NCBI RefSeq assembly: GCF_001194135.2
Contig: NC_068984.1
Coordinates: 47,567,714-47,631,713 of the forward strand
Length of the DNA: 64,000 nt
Origin: Octopus bimaculoides
Lineage: Eukaryota
Direction: 5' to 3'
Below the pieces are notes generated by a model. That model worked only from the letters and a program-made list of their open reading frames with translations, was not told where the DNA came from and did not search any database. Within the stretch, counting starts at the first letter, position 1. Each line of letters begins with the position of its first letter. Below, in pieces: positions 46,035 to 60,394 of this stretch. Position numbers and translations under genes: made by a program.

Positions 46035-49000
46035 TATATATATATATATATAGATAGATATATATATATATAGATATACGTACATTTATTACATATACAC
46101 ATACACACACGTATATAGACAGGAACACACACACGCACACACACGTGGCGTACTTCCACAGATTTCCCGTCTACCATACATATACGCTAAGAGGATATTG
46201 AACGTAAGTTAATACAAGAAGATACTTTTGCAAAGTTTCGCACATTGGGATCGAACCCGGAAGTAAATGACTTCAAAGAGAGTGCTCTTTATTTAGAAAT
46301 GATCACGTAACCCATGCTGTCGTTTCATTTGTGGTCAAGTGATCATATGTGGTCAAGTGTTGACCCCTAAGAACTTCAAAACGTAATAAAATTGTGACCA
46401 GGCAGCTCAACGTGTGTGTTGTGCATGTGTGTGTGGTCGTGCACTCCTGGAGGGAGAGAGAGAGAAAGAGTTAGAAAATTACCAGATAAGTATGCGATTG
46501 TGGACACGCACACATGCAGATGGGGTCATGTTCTGTTGTATGCATGTGCACATCTGCACATGCGCAAATGTGTGTATGGCTTTCCCATGAGATTCGCCGT
46601 TTAATGTTAAAATTGCTATAGATGAGTGATTTTTTCACTATTTGCACTTCCCAACCATTTTCAAACCAGCTTCTGTCTTTCTTTCCCCGTTTTGACCGAC
46701 CCTCTTCTACCAACTCGTCTTCCGCACTGTTACTCCCCATCCCTCACATTTTCACTGAATTAATGATTTTTTCTCACTTTATCCACTCTATCACCTATCA
46801 CTTTTAACAGTTCAGGTCTCTCCGGCAAAAGCTCGCCGTCAAACGTTCGATTTTTTTTTTTTTTTACTCGTGTTATTAAATGCATTTCACTCTAAAGTTG
46901 TTTTTTTTTATTTTTTATTTTTGCTAAGTTATCACTAAAAGTCCTTTTTCTGACATTACATTACGATACGTTTGCATGAAATGCCACTGTGATCCTTTTT
47001 GCGTCAAGTGCAGTGATGACGCGTTTGCACCCGGGCTGTTATGAAGCTTTCTCTTTTATCAGCAAATCCACGAAATAGCAGATCCAGTTTACAGGAGAGA
47101 ATAAAAAAGAGGAATCGTGCAATGAATTAAATCCATTCCATTGTGCTCAGTTTATTACAGACATTTTATCAGATCAAGAAACACACACATCATACCATTG
47201 ATGTTTGAAAATCGTAAAATATCAATTTCGGTCAGCTAAAACCTTCACTACATACTGAGACCATTTTTTAACATTTATTCTCAGTGCCAAAGGGTGATAT
47301 CAAATCTATTAGAGAATATTCTTGATGATGTGATACTTATTCTCTCTGCGATACCTACATGAACTAAATCAATCTTGCAATAAATACCGTTGAATATCGA
47401 TGAATTTTGTGTCACAGAAAGTGAAAGATGTCAATTGCAGAGTTAACTCGCTTAGTTTTATAGACAGTGAATCTAGAAAGGCCATATTACTCTTTCAGTG
47501 TACGCGGTCAAACATACCATCGAACACCCCAGAATAACTTTCAGAATATGTGAAATGCAGTAATTTAGCAAATACATTTTGCGAAATTAAGAATCGGTGC
47601 CATTCAGTATGCATCTGTATTTAAAAACAAATGCAGTTTTTTACATCTTAACACAATAATATAATTTTTTTAACACATTTAAGTAAAAACAATAACATGC
47701 AATCATTACAGACCCATGGGATTACACTCTCGTATAATGATAATTTTTACCCAGAAATAAAGGGGATTCTAAAACAGATTTAATCTCACAAGGCATGCAG
47801 AGTCTGAACGCTTCACACATTCGTATACCTCAACTCCTGCATACACATGAACACGAGCGAAAATGTAAATTTCGGCAAACATTTAACACAGCACTATACA
47901 GAAAAAAGCGATACCTGTAGCTCATAAATAGATATATATGTTGGTAGCTAATGTCATAAGAGAATTTAGCAGTCAGGTATTTGGGTTAGGGAAATGCTTA
48001 AATTATCAAAGATAGAAAAACTTGGGGAGATAAAAAAATTATTACAAAAGGAAAATACCAATAAGGAGAGGAAAATGAATTCTAAACCATCGAAGAAAAA
48101 GACAGGTGAAATATATATAAAATATAATTGCCTTATGAAGTATGTGTGCGTGCGCACACGTACGTGTTGTATATATGAGCTGTATAGTATGTGAATTCAG
48201 AGAATCGTACGGCTGTACACACACACACGATGCATATTGGTTCAAATAGACATACAAACGTGTGTACATTACTTATTCACACATATGTATATATACACAA
48301 GTATATTGCTCTCGCACATGCACAGATGGTACCTAAGTAAAGATAATTCTTCACGTGGGTGGTATTTCTGCATAAATTTTACTTGTGATTTATAATCAAT
48401 AAGAATTGAGCTTATTGCAACAGTTGGATTCACAAACAGTGACACAGACAACGTATTACATACTTGTAATAATCTGGATGTTTACGTGTATATACTGCCA
48501 TTATACAAATTCCTATTTGTGAACACATGACCACGTATGAACATTTGCCGCATCAATTCACGTTTATGTATGTTTATGGACATGTATATTTTGTGTGTGT
48601 GTGTGTGTGTGTGCACTTGCACATAGATGTAGTGTGGGTTCACATGTGTGTGTCTACATAGACACGCGTGTACACCTTTAGCAGTTGGCATCCACTTTGT
48701 TATATACAGCTGTTATTGCCAATGTTAGCAATTGCATTTGCAATATGACACAAAATATATATTAGATACCCCTTGAATATACTGAAGATTGTGTAGCAGC
48801 ATCAACTGGGTGGGAATATTTTATTGACTAACATGGATATCTCAAAGTGGCGTTAGGGAAAGCTTTTTTGTCATTTTGTCAAGGTGCTGTTCTGCTTTTT
48901 TTTTTTTTCACATGAGGACTATGATAAACATTAATGGCGAAGTTAAGACCCGTCGTAAGGATTCTTCGTGCTGCCAATAAAAATGACTGGCGATGGTGGT

Positions 49001-50562
49001 CTAGTATCACTATAAGAACCAACAGTGGTAGCGGTGGTACTGATGTTGGTATAAGGACCTATAGTGGTAGCACTAAGGACCGACGATAGTGATTGTGTTT
49101 CTATTGGTTGTGATGGTGGTAGCAGTGACGTTGGTAGTGGTAGTAGTTATAATGTTCTTCGTAGTGGTGCTATCGGTCGTGGTGGCACAGGTAGTAGTCA
49201 CACTATTACTTATCGTGTTAGTAGTAATACTATAATTTATGATGTTAGTAGTGTAGTGGGAGGTAGTTGTTATTGTGCAGCGCCAAAGTCAGCTCTGAAA
49301 AAATGCACTCTCACCATAACAGTCGTATTAAAGCGGTATCTAAAGACTGCAATATCTAATGTGTCATTCCTATTTTCCTTCAAATAATAGTTTCATGTCC
49401 ATTATTATTGTTTAGCTTCAGGTTAAGATCAAAAGCCTTCCACCTGTAAATTTCCCTGTCTTTGTAGCTTGTGCTGTTATAATTTTCGTCACTTCTCCAA
49501 GCAATATGTTGAGAGTGGAGGGAGATATAGGCACAATTTTAGAGAGTCGAATGACCATGGAGGCGTTCCAATGGAGCCTATAACTAACATCGTAGTAGTC
49601 TCCATATTCATGTCTAAACATGAATAAGAATAGAACCATAGTAGTACGGTTACCTCCCTTTCTGAGTGAGTTTTAACACTTGGTTTATGAATTAATTTAT
49701 TTATTTAGCCGCAAGTGAACTTATAACCTTGCAGAACTATGACCGAAAGCAACCCAGCCGTTTTTGTAATAAAAAAAAATAAATAAATAAAAATGCATTG
49801 CTCTCTCAAAGTGTATATCACTTTGCAAGGTGTAAATGGAGATTTGTTTACTATTTCTAGCAAGTAGAGCAAACAATTGAGGCTTCCTTCCCTGAAATGG
49901 CTGAGGAACCGTCAGACGCAAGACTTTTTTTTTATGCTAGTAGGAAGAGATTGCCGTTTATTTCACTGAATATTGCCAACGCCTTCATGAACCAGGAAAG
50001 TACAGAAACATAAATACCAAAGAATTTTCTCTCTTTATGCACAGCGACTTTCTACAGCTGTAATGGCGAATCTTTGACTCGCTAAATTTTAGGAGACACG
50101 CGAAGGATGGTGAAAAAAATTAATCTACTTGCAACATAATACAACAATTTGATCTGTAAGTATTTACCTGAAGTTAGAATACATATACATGTGTGAGTAA
50201 CACTCCAATATCTGGGTTATTAGAGAAATTATAATTTCGACATGCCGGGTTAAAAAGTTCGCATCACTGTTCTTAGCATGTGACTATTTTCCGAAAAACG
50301 TGTTACCACATATTGCCTACATGTAGGTGAACTGCCTAAAAACAATAGGAACACGTTCATTGGATCTGAGTCTATAAGGCATGCGCCGCTGCAAGAATAT
50401 CATCCAATAAACAACTTCGTAGTTATGCTGAAGAGTGGTCGAAAGTTTCCAAAAAGACGTCTTCAAAACGTGGTTTAGATTTCTATTTGAACATTGCATG
50501 TTATCAAGAATAATAAGAAAAAGCAAACTGAGACGGTTGATACTTTTCTATTTAAAGGTTGA

Positions 50563-50929
50563 GTGGAGGCGCAATGGCCCATTGGTTAGGGCAGTGGACT
50601 CGCGGTTTCGATTCCCAGACCGGGCGTTGTGAGTGTTTACTGAGCAAAACACCTAAAGCTCCACGAGACTCCGGCAGGGGATGGTGGCGAACCNNNNNNN
50701 NNNCTGAGCAAAACACCTAAAGCTCCACGAGACTCCGGCAGGGGATGGTGGCGAACCCTGCTGTACTCTTGTCACATTGTGTCACGCTGAATATCTCCGA
50801 GAACTACGTTAAGGGTAGACGTGTCTGTGGAATGCGCAGTCACTTGCACGTTAATTTCACGAGCAGGTTGTTCCGTTGTTCGGATGAACTGGAACTCTCG
50901 ACGTCGTAAGCGACGGAGTGCCAACAACA
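50563..50929 (+). mobile_element. SINE family A with internal deletion; 55-bp sequence echoed across a 10-N gap
   Basis: Head GTGGAGGCGCAATGGCCCATTGGTTAGG and tail GGAGTGCCAACAACAA. TSD TTAAAGGTTG on both flanks. Confidence 0.9.
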
Positions 50930-51254
50930 ATAAATTAAAGGTTGTACAAGCGAAACCGGTGGTTAATCTTCGGTAATGCGGTGGAGCTTAATCTGATTTA
51001 TTTCCTCAATCATTTTCGCCACCCACTATTATTGTAAAGCTATTTATTTCATCGATCCCCGACGCCGATAGAGTTACTGTCAACAGAATTGAAGATCAGA
51101 GCTGTGTGACACAAACTACTCGATTAAGTTATCTAATCAAACCTTATGCATATTCGGTAACTCCACGATTGTTCTGTACGACGTAGCATGGTAGGTAGAA
51201 TTTATAATCGTTATACCAAGATGATAGTAATAATATCTATATCAATAATCCTCT

Positions 51255-51370
51255 ACTATAGGCAGAAGACCTGGAATTTTGGAGGAGAGGGATAGTCGGT
51301 TATATCGACCCCAGGGCTTAACAAGTACTTAATTTATTGACCCCGAGAGGATGAAAGCCAAAGACGATAG
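51255..51370 (-). mobile_element. SINE family B 3' fragment
   Basis: CTCTACTATAGGC..TATATCGACCCC..AAGTACTTAATTTATTGACCCCGAGAGGATGAAAG. Confidence 0.7.
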
Positions 51371-52090
51371 AAGGTGGAAGGGAGGGAGCACAAGTACAGA
51401 TTCGTTGAGGGAGATTTACAATCGAGTGAATAAACTGCAAGTACTAAATAAACAGAATTTAGCGGAACAAACTTGATACCGCAAAGGTTTCAGTCCCAGT
51501 CTCTGGCAGTCTACTACATTCTGCATATAATGCTGATTTATCTGAAGTAAAGTTATGGTCAAGATTTTTTTAGTTTTTTAAGGGAAACAATTAGGAAATA
51601 ACCAATTAAACTGATGCCAGGATGCTACTAACTGGTTCTTATTTTATTAGCTCTATAGAAGAAAATAAACAGTAGTGTTTTGAAAGAGTGTTTGCGGAAG
51701 ATTGACTCACGATCATTCAGAGTAAAGACTTCAAGCAACCCTTATTTCAGATAACCTCAAGATTAGATTTCAATAAGAAATCAAGATGAGATTTCATATC
51801 CGTCTCCAGGGAAGTCCATACTCGATTTTATATTCCCTTACCGTCGTTTACATTACCGCCACCCACTCTCTGATTAAGCTAAAATTATTAAATCGTATGC
51901 TTACAACTCGTGATTTGTTTATCATATAAAACATGTGAAATATGAAATATTAAAAACTAGTCTCGAATTTTAAGAATATACGAAACATAAAAATAACTCG
52001 ATTAATAGTTCATAACGAACAGTGTATAGTATATAAATACAAAATATACATAGCTGATTAAAGAGAGGAAGAATGGGAAAACCAAATATA

Positions 52091-52717
52091 CAGGGTGGCC
52101 ACAAAGTCACGCATCATGGGAGATGTCAAATACGCTTTATCAACAATGAAGTAGGTAATACATTGCAAATGCTCAAATCGTTGGCCATGTAGCTCTAAAC
52201 AAGTGTCCAGACGGAATTTGAAATTGCGATGAATCATCTCAAATAGCTCTTTATTGCTGCTGACTTGTTCACACACTTCAACAATTCTTTGAAGATGTCC
52301 TTGGTTACAAATCTTTTGAGAATACACAAGGGATTCAATGTAGCCCCAGAAGAAAAAAGTTCATGGGGGTTAAATCTGGTGACCGAGGTGCCCATTCAAC
52401 TGGCCCGGACGACCAAGCCAGCTCCTTCGAAAATGTTCATTTAGAAAATCACTAACCTGCAATGCATAATGGGGCGGAGCAGTCCAGATACAAACCATCT
52501 GTTACAGGGCCCTCAAAATAAAATGGCCCAATTACTTGATTGTGCCAAATCCCAAACCACGCCATTCGCTTACCCTCCGCCTTATTGAGTCTCTGCTTCC
52601 ATCCAATGAGGATTGGTTTGTGAGTAATATCGGCAGTTGTGAAAAGAGATTTTTTAAAAAGGGAATGTTAGAAATTTCACATATTGCAGGTTCGTACTTG
52701 ACTTTATGGCCACTCTG
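52091..52717 (-). mobile_element. Tc1/mariner-superfamily internal-deletion derivative with TIRs
   Basis: TIRs TA|CAGGGTGGCCACAAAGTC and GACTTTATGGCCACTCTG|TA. The minus strand encodes APPHYALQVSDFLNEHF..WLGR..EWAPRSPDLTPMNFF..WGYIESLVYSQK..RLDTCLELHGQRFEHL (frameshifted). Confidence 0.9.
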
Positions 52718-52944
52718 TACAGATTATTTATGAGTCGATTAAAAGAAATCTTAACAGTGAGAATTATTTTCATCATCATGAAAATAATAATACTATGACA
52801 ATCTTTAGATCCAAATTAACGTGGATGTATTGTTAGTGCGCCGAATACTGCGTTATTTACCCTGAGAAAGAAATACCTTTGATTATAAGATCAACCAAGA
52901 CTGGTCTTTGTCGAAATAGCTGCAACAATTTTATAGCTGTGCTA

Positions 52945-53218
52945 AGGCGGTGAGCTGGCAGAATCGTTAGCACGCCGGCTGAAATGCTTAACGATATTTC
53001 AGGCGGTGAGCTGGCAGAATCGTTAGCACGCCGGCTGAAATGCTTAACGATATTTCGTCTGTCTTTACATTCTGAGTTCAAATTCCACCGAGGTCGGCTT
53101 TGCCTTTCATTCTTTCGGGGTTGATAAATTAAGTACCAGTTACACACTGGGGTCGATCTAATCGATTGGCCCCCTTCCCCTAAAAAACTTCGGGCCTTGT
53201 GCCTAGAGTAGAAAAGAA
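52945..53218 (+). mobile_element. SINE family B with exact 56-bp tandem duplication of its head
   Basis: 52945-53000 is identical to 53001-53056. The body continues to CCTTGTGCCTAGAGTAGAAAAG. Confidence 0.92.
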
Positions 53219-55024
53219 TTTTACAGCTGAGCTTTGCATATGATAATGATTCCTTGTATCATAAATGAGATTGAAAAATATTATAGGGAAACATATAACC
53301 AATTGTAACGATTTCAATACTTAAGGGGGCAAACTTAAAGGGATACTTCACTGAACGTCAGTGACGCCGACGTTAGCGGGATTTTTACTTGGGACATAAT
53401 TAATTCTGCAAAGCACTCAATCTGCCATTCTATCGCCGTCCCTTCGGGAAAATAAAAAATATCTTGAAAACTGAATAGATGAGAATATAACGGGGGCTGC
53501 ATATTTAGTAGAAAGTTTCTAGTACGCTTTCACGTCGACATATGTATATAATGTGCTATCGTATGTATGTATACACATACATACAAGGAAAATACTAGCA
53601 CTAAGCCTCACATATTTTAGGAGATGCTTTATACCACAAAAATCTTTTCAAGCATTCCATTCCCTGGTTTTACTGGAAGCCATGTGGAGCAAACACAAGA
53701 TATTATTTTCGTTGTGGCATAACTGACGGTCATCCAAGAGTGATCTAAGTCTTTTGCTTTTCAGCTTGACATCATTTTCATGTTTGGAACTTTTTTTAAA
53801 AATTCTTTTCTGAGAGAGGGGGTACTTACCATTTACGCATTTACGTTCTTTGGAAAGGGGGCTTATTTTACCGTTTTACATTCAATTATAGAATATATAC
53901 AGCTGTACTACACAGCTGTGATTTTACAGTCGCGCACTTGTGTGTGTTTGGGTTGTATAAGCGTATATATACATGCATGATTGCATACATTCACGCAACA
54001 TACATAACAGCAGAGATAAATACACACGATTATACATACATATATGATTGATCAAACCACTAGACATAGCAGCCAAATGAAGCTCTGCCGTCTTATAGAT
54101 GGACGGATACATTACATATCTGATAATGTAGTCGTAGATAGTCGCTCCGAAAAATCTCAGTCAAAACAGTTACAATACCTTTGATCTTAGGTGTGCTTCA
54201 ACATGTTTGAACCTGAAGCAACACAAGTAAGAGAGTAATAGTCGCAGCGACAGTGAAACAATCGGATAGATTCTGTCATTATACGGTTTGCTAATAAATT
54301 CTAAGTTCGATCATATCATACTTTGGGCATTTTTTTTCTATTTAGTGACAGACCATTTTTTTTTTTTTTTTACAATATTTTAGTTCATCTGGCTCATGGA
54401 GAGAATTGATCATTCTGATCAAAAGCAACTGACTAATTCACTGCCAATATAAAAAAAGCCATTCCTAAGAAAACTCAATAATCATGAGAGATATTTTAAA
54501 GAACTAAGGATGTGACACGTTTGGGCCTTGAAAGCATGACAAAATAAGTCGTCCTTTTATTATCTCATTCCAATTCCAGTAATCGATATAGAAAATTTTC
54601 CAGATCGAGTAATCAATATAGAAATTCCTTCACTTGCCGCTTCCTGTCATTTCTCTTAAGATACGAAAACAAAACAGATGTACTGGCGAGTTTCTTCTCC
54701 CATTTGGGCTCGTTAGATTAAGAGTAGAGAATGTTAGGATATAGTGTGCCAACGGTAGGTAGGCCTAGAAGATTTGGATTTTTAATAATAATGGTTTCAA
54801 ATTTTGGCACATATTTTTAGAATAGGATTTAGCCAATACAACCCCTAACAAATTATACTGCATTTTTGAAAATGTGGAATAGCGTTTCGTTTTTTAACAA
54901 AAAAAATTCTACAGAACATATTTTCGTAAAGACAACTCAAAACTATCACCATGAAATTGTTAATTTGTAGTCTTCTCAAAAATTTCAGTCTTTGTGCTTA
55001 TAGTGGAAAGGATTATCATCATTT

Positions 55025-55640
55025 AGGTGGCGAAATGGCAAAATCGTTAGCACCCTGAGAAAAAATGCTTATCGGCATTTTGCCCGTCGTTGCGTTCTGA
55101 CTTCACATGCTACCGAGGCTGACATTGCTTTTAATCCTTTCGGTGTAGATAAAATAAGTACCAGTTGAACGTTGAGGTCTATGTAATCAATTTAACTCAT
55201 GCTTCAAAATTACTGGCCTTGTGCCACAGTTTGAATTATTAATATTATTAGCAAGGAGGCGAGTTGGTAGAAACAATGGCACGCCGGGCGAAATGCTTAG
55301 CGGTATTTCGTCTGACTTTACGTTCTGAGTTCAAATTCCGCCGAGATCGACTTTGCCTTTCACCATTTCGGGGTCGATTAGATAAGTACCAGTTACGCAC
55401 TGGGATTGATGTAATCGACTTAATCTCTTTATCTATCCGTGTTTGTCCTTTCTATGTTTAGCCCCCTGTGGGCAATAAAGAAATAAATTATTATCATTAT
55501 CATTTTTGCTATTATATCCTTACCGCACCGGACAAAATGCTTAATAGCATTTCTTCCGGTTTTTACATTGATATACTGACCGAGATAGATTTTGTCTTTC
55601 ATTCTTTCGAGGTCGATACAATAAGTACCAGTCAAGTACT
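55025..55640 (+). mobile_element. Stack of three SINE family B copies (55025-55236, 55254-55486, ~55520-55640)
   Basis: Three successive head/central-domain matches in the same orientation, with different tails and ages. Confidence 0.85.
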
Positions 55641-57133
55641 AAGGTTTATATAGTTTATTTACCGATTGTTTATAAGTACACAATTGTTTAACATATCCAT
55701 AGACTCGGTTGGAACTCAGTGTGCTTCTAAACAGAGTGTAGCTTATCATAAATATCGAAACACTCGACAATTTATACTATAATAATTCTATCAAATCCAG
55801 GCACAAAACTAACAATATTAGTCAGAGGGAATTGGGTGATTGCATCCTTTCTCGTAGTTATCTGGTACTTATTTTAACAACCTCGACAACGGCGGTGATT
55901 CACGTTCGAGTTCATTTCAATTACGTCACTATTGCCTGTGAGTAAAAAAGTAAGGATGCGTCAATGATTATTCGAACAGCCCAAAAATAGAGATAACCCA
56001 TTGAGGGTTTCCTTCTAAGCACGTAAGGAAAATCGCTAATAATTCTCACACAGGTATGTTCAATGGCTAAATGAAAATTTACAGTAATATAAGAATGCAT
56101 TTTTCAAGCCAGGATTTTCAACTGAAGAGCAGTGAATAGGAAACTCACGCACAAATACATACATGCGTTGAAACAATTATGCACACGTCTGCATGTGTGC
56201 ATAAAACTAAATAAGAAAGCTTTTACTCTGTCTTACGACTTGACCAGCAGGATATAACAGTCAAATCTTCCTTAAATAAGACTCTACCGCCCTAAATAAA
56301 TAAGAGCTCACTGACAGTATAGTTTCTCATACAAAATGATAGGGGTTGATGTCAAATGAATAGATGTTTGCGGTTACAAACATACGCACTCAAGCCAACG
56401 TGATTTGACCTGCCGAGAATTATCAGCCACGCTCCCTCAAATACCCCCTAATCATCTCAAAAACAAAACTAAAGGAGTGAGCATGTAACTGCTGAAATAA
56501 AATGCGATAGTGTCTACAATGTCTTCCATCATAGATCAGCTCAATCAGGACTAACCTAGGGTTGAACAACAACAACAAATGCTGTACGCACACGCGCAAT
56601 CATTCATTTATTCCCACACACTCGCCCACACGCTTTCAGTATGTCTCAATACATTCAAGAATGCTATTTATTTTCTCTTTCACATAATCAAGTTGATGAC
56701 ATTCTATCAAATTCTACCCCCACCACGATCTACCCTACTAACACTTCATCATCACCTCCACGACCATACCATTATCACAGTTTAACCCATCCCCAGCAAT
56801 TTATCAGCTTTATAGCGTTCCGATATGCTTTACTGCTGAAACCCCAGTAAACGCCATTACTGCGCCTTAAGTAGGCTCAGGAATGTTAATGGACAAAAAT
56901 AAGATGTGCCCTGTTGTTTTTAACTAAAACATTTTTGGTAAATAAATAAGTAATTCATCAAATATTATCATCTTCACCATCATCAGTCTCAGAGAAACAT
57001 CATCGCAATTGTCGACAATATTACTGTCAGGGTTTCGCACAATACGCATGTATGTTTAAGACGGATATACGATTTCTAAAACACTTTTTCTCACCAAATC
57101 CTCATTTTATCACTCACACACACACAATCTTTA

Positions 57134-57181
<48 letters not shown>

Positions 57182-58652
57182 TTCTTAACGCTTCCTTCTT
57201 AAGTCGAAGAGTTTCACTACTGATAACTTCACATTCATTGTTACAGTTTAGCTTAGAACTGCATTGGTGGACTCCTATAATCAGAAACTTTCCAACCATT
57301 ACTATTCAATCGTTTGCATCGAGAACTACATCATCCAAAATGTACTTCGCATTTAAAAAAAAAAGTTATGGGTGTGGGTGACATGGGTCTTTTGATTTTT
57401 TGAAAATTAAATTATTACTACTAGTATGGAAAACAGTATCTATATTCGCTTACATTGCGTTCCTATCAACATCTTATTCATAATTATTCAAGAAAGAAAA
57501 CCCTTTAAATGTATTTAAGCCTGATGTAGGTGAACATTTTTTTTACGAGAGACTACAATGAGACGTACATCGATCTTAATAGAGCAAATATGCAAACCAC
57601 AACTGAAAAACCTAAAAGAAAAATGATTAATGGTAAGCTAAATCCTGATACACTTAGTTTTATAAAAACACAAAAAATAAGCAATATTTTAAGCTTATCG
57701 ATGGAGCAACTAGATTGTAATACGATTGAAATAACAATCAAATGCCCCTCAAATCAAACTATTATCTTCACAAATAACCGATACATTGGATAATGTGATC
57801 TTACATACACTGTACCTAAAAAGAAGAAAGGGAAGGGGAATCAACTTACGGCTTGAAAAAAGTTGATCATATTACAGAAATCTTTACAGAGGATACCTGC
57901 TCAAAAACGCAGTGAGATCCGAACACCGAACCATGCGGTTGCTTGTTACTTAACAATCTTAATCACACGGCCATGTTTGGGCAAGATTTGCCGATAGATA
58001 ACGTCGAATGCTGAAAGCATTGGTGACATTTCGATTCTGCTTGAACAAATTCCTTTTCGGGAATTGCCTCTAGGAATCTTGAATCCATCGACGCTATTTT
58101 TCACAAACTGCTATATAAAATAAGTGAAGTAAGCTATATAAGTATGCAATATTAATTAGGCCAACGTGAAACAATTGATCTACAGCACTTGACATGACGA
58201 TGGAGGTTTCGAGTTCATGCTTCGGAGCAATGTTTTAAGCAAACGTCTTCTATCATCGTCTTGATTTTACGAATACTTTGCGAGTGAAATTTGATAGGCG
58301 GAAACTATAGAGCAGTGTGTGTGTGTGTGTGAGTGACAAGATGAAGATTATGGTGATGCGTTCACACAGGATTATAATAAAACGAAAACAATATTCAATA
58401 CTGCTGAATTGAGCTGTATAACATTCAATCAAAATCGAGTCTATGCGAGTCGTTAGATGAATAAGTTGCTTTTATTCTTCCTGCAAAAAGACAAAGAAAA
58501 TCTTCGAGGACTGACTCACATGAACTCAGTTTGAATAAGTTTTGTATGCCGTATATTGTGTAATAAGCGATTTTTGGACACGATTTTAATCGACTATTAT
58601 CAAAGATTCTACATCTGAGGAACTAAAATTTCATGTACAGTACAATCTAAAA

Positions 58653-58959
58653 CAGTGGTTCTCAAACTTTTCAAGCTGCTGCCCCCTTGACACCCAGACC
58701 ACATTCCTAGTTCCCCTACCCCAACTAACCATCACAAACATAGACCTCTTTCTGAAGCAAATTCAAAGCAACTGTATTTCACAAATAAAACTTAACCTAA
58801 TGAACCCATTATTTTGTTGTTTTTTATGAATCGCTACACCATTATCGACCCACTTTTTAAATCGCTACCCTATTATTGCCCCACTTTCTTTTAAAGTCCC
58901 TTTGGAACTTTCCACTGCTTCGGGGGAGGGGGGAATACCGCCCACTTTGGGAACCACTC
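58653..58959. mobile_element. hAT-type non-autonomous element (MITE) with perfect 8-bp TSD
   Basis: Ends CAGTGGTTCTCAAAC...TTTGGGAACCACTC. ATCTAAAA is present at 58645-58652 and 58960-58967. Confidence 0.88.
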
Positions 58960-59261
58960 ATCTAAAATACTGTACGAAGAGCAGAACCCCAAATGTTCTG
59001 CTAAGTGAATAAAAACGCCAAAAATGAGTTAAAGTAATAATTATGTCTTATCATAATCATTAGGCCTTAAATTTGTAGAAAAGACTTGGTCAGTTAAATG
59101 GACCCTAGTTTTTACTGGTATTTTATTTTATCGTCCATGGAGCGATAAAAGGAAAAGTTGAGCTAGGAGGGATTTGAAAACAATAAATAGCTAGAAAAAA
59201 AAATGCTACTAGAAATTTTGTTCGACTATTTAACGATCACCCTAATGAATTGTTGCAATAT

Positions 59262-59473
59262 TTCTTTCTACTATAGGCACAAGGCCTGAAATTGCAGAGG
59301 AGAGGGTAGTCGATTACATCGACCCCAATGCTCAGCTGGTACTTATTTCATCGATCACGAGAGAATGAAAGGTAAAGTCAAACTCTGTGGAATATAAATT
59401 CAAGACACAAAGCCGGAAGTAATGCTGTAAAGCATTTTGTCCGGCATAGTTACGATTCTGTCAGCTCGCCGCC
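59262..59473 (-). mobile_element. SINE family B
   Basis: CTATAGGCACAAGGCC..GATTACATCGACCCC..GGTACTTATTTCATCG..GAAAGGTAAAGTC..ACGATTCTGTCAGCTCGCCGCC. Confidence 0.85.
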
Positions 59474-60394
59474 TTATGAATTTCTGCAATAATAAATATT
59501 CCGCATTGATATCAAATCCCAAATCATGATAGTTTTTTTTTAAAAAGGCAGGTTAGCTCATAAGATTTTACTCGTGTCATCTAGATTTGTTGAAGTCACT
59601 CATAAATTACTGCATATTAGCTGATGCCTTTTAAATATTTATTAATTCAATACAGTTTAAAAGCTATAAATATTTAACACAGTAAATTATTCCTTTAGTT
59701 ATATTTATGCACAGAAAACAGAATGTATTGATGCATAGGAAACAGAAATAGAAATTTAATCTGGCTTTAAATTTCAGTTTACAAAAGTTCATAAAATCCT
59801 GCAAAATTACACTGCTTTTCATCTTAGCTAGATCAACTGGCAGTTTGTGTGCAGTTTTCGCTCTCTGCCAAAATATTAAATATTGAACGCAGTGCACCCT
59901 CAGTGCACCATCTGAATATTGTCTTAACATCCAGAATTCTTCTCATCGTTTTTTTTTTTTCGTGCTGTTCGGTATATTTATTTTTCAGTTCTGACCACTC
60001 ATCTCTGATATCGCATTGTTTTCATTTATTGCTTCTATCGAATTGACTAAAGTTTGTTTGATACCATTTTTTTACAGTCAAGTTTCTCTGAAACACCAAA
60101 TTCGTTTGTTGTTACAAAACTATATGTGTTTTGGCAACTTCAATAATCTTTAATTTCAATGCTATTTTACATTTTTTCTGCGATGAACTTTCTTACAAGT
60201 AGCTAACAATTCATCAGTGCATTCATGAGTTAGTGATATACAGAAGCTAATAACTACCCTATCAAGTAAGATTACACCTTCATGTTCCGCGGACTTGTAT
60301 GCAATCTCCTCTATTACACAAGCTTATTTAGACCTCCTTCGGTTACGATTGATCGTGGAAAGCACCTAGAGAGTTCACCTCCGAGGAAGAGCAG

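Noticed and set aside
50155-50185. Additional AG|GT junctions (minus CTTCAG|GTAAAT here; plus CACAG|GTATGT near 56050)
   Set aside because: Short or weak pyrimidine tracts, at the level expected by chance in 64 kb.
50639-50758. 55-bp direct repeat flanking a 10-N gap inside a SINE
   Set aside because: Typical unmerged contig overlap, not biology.
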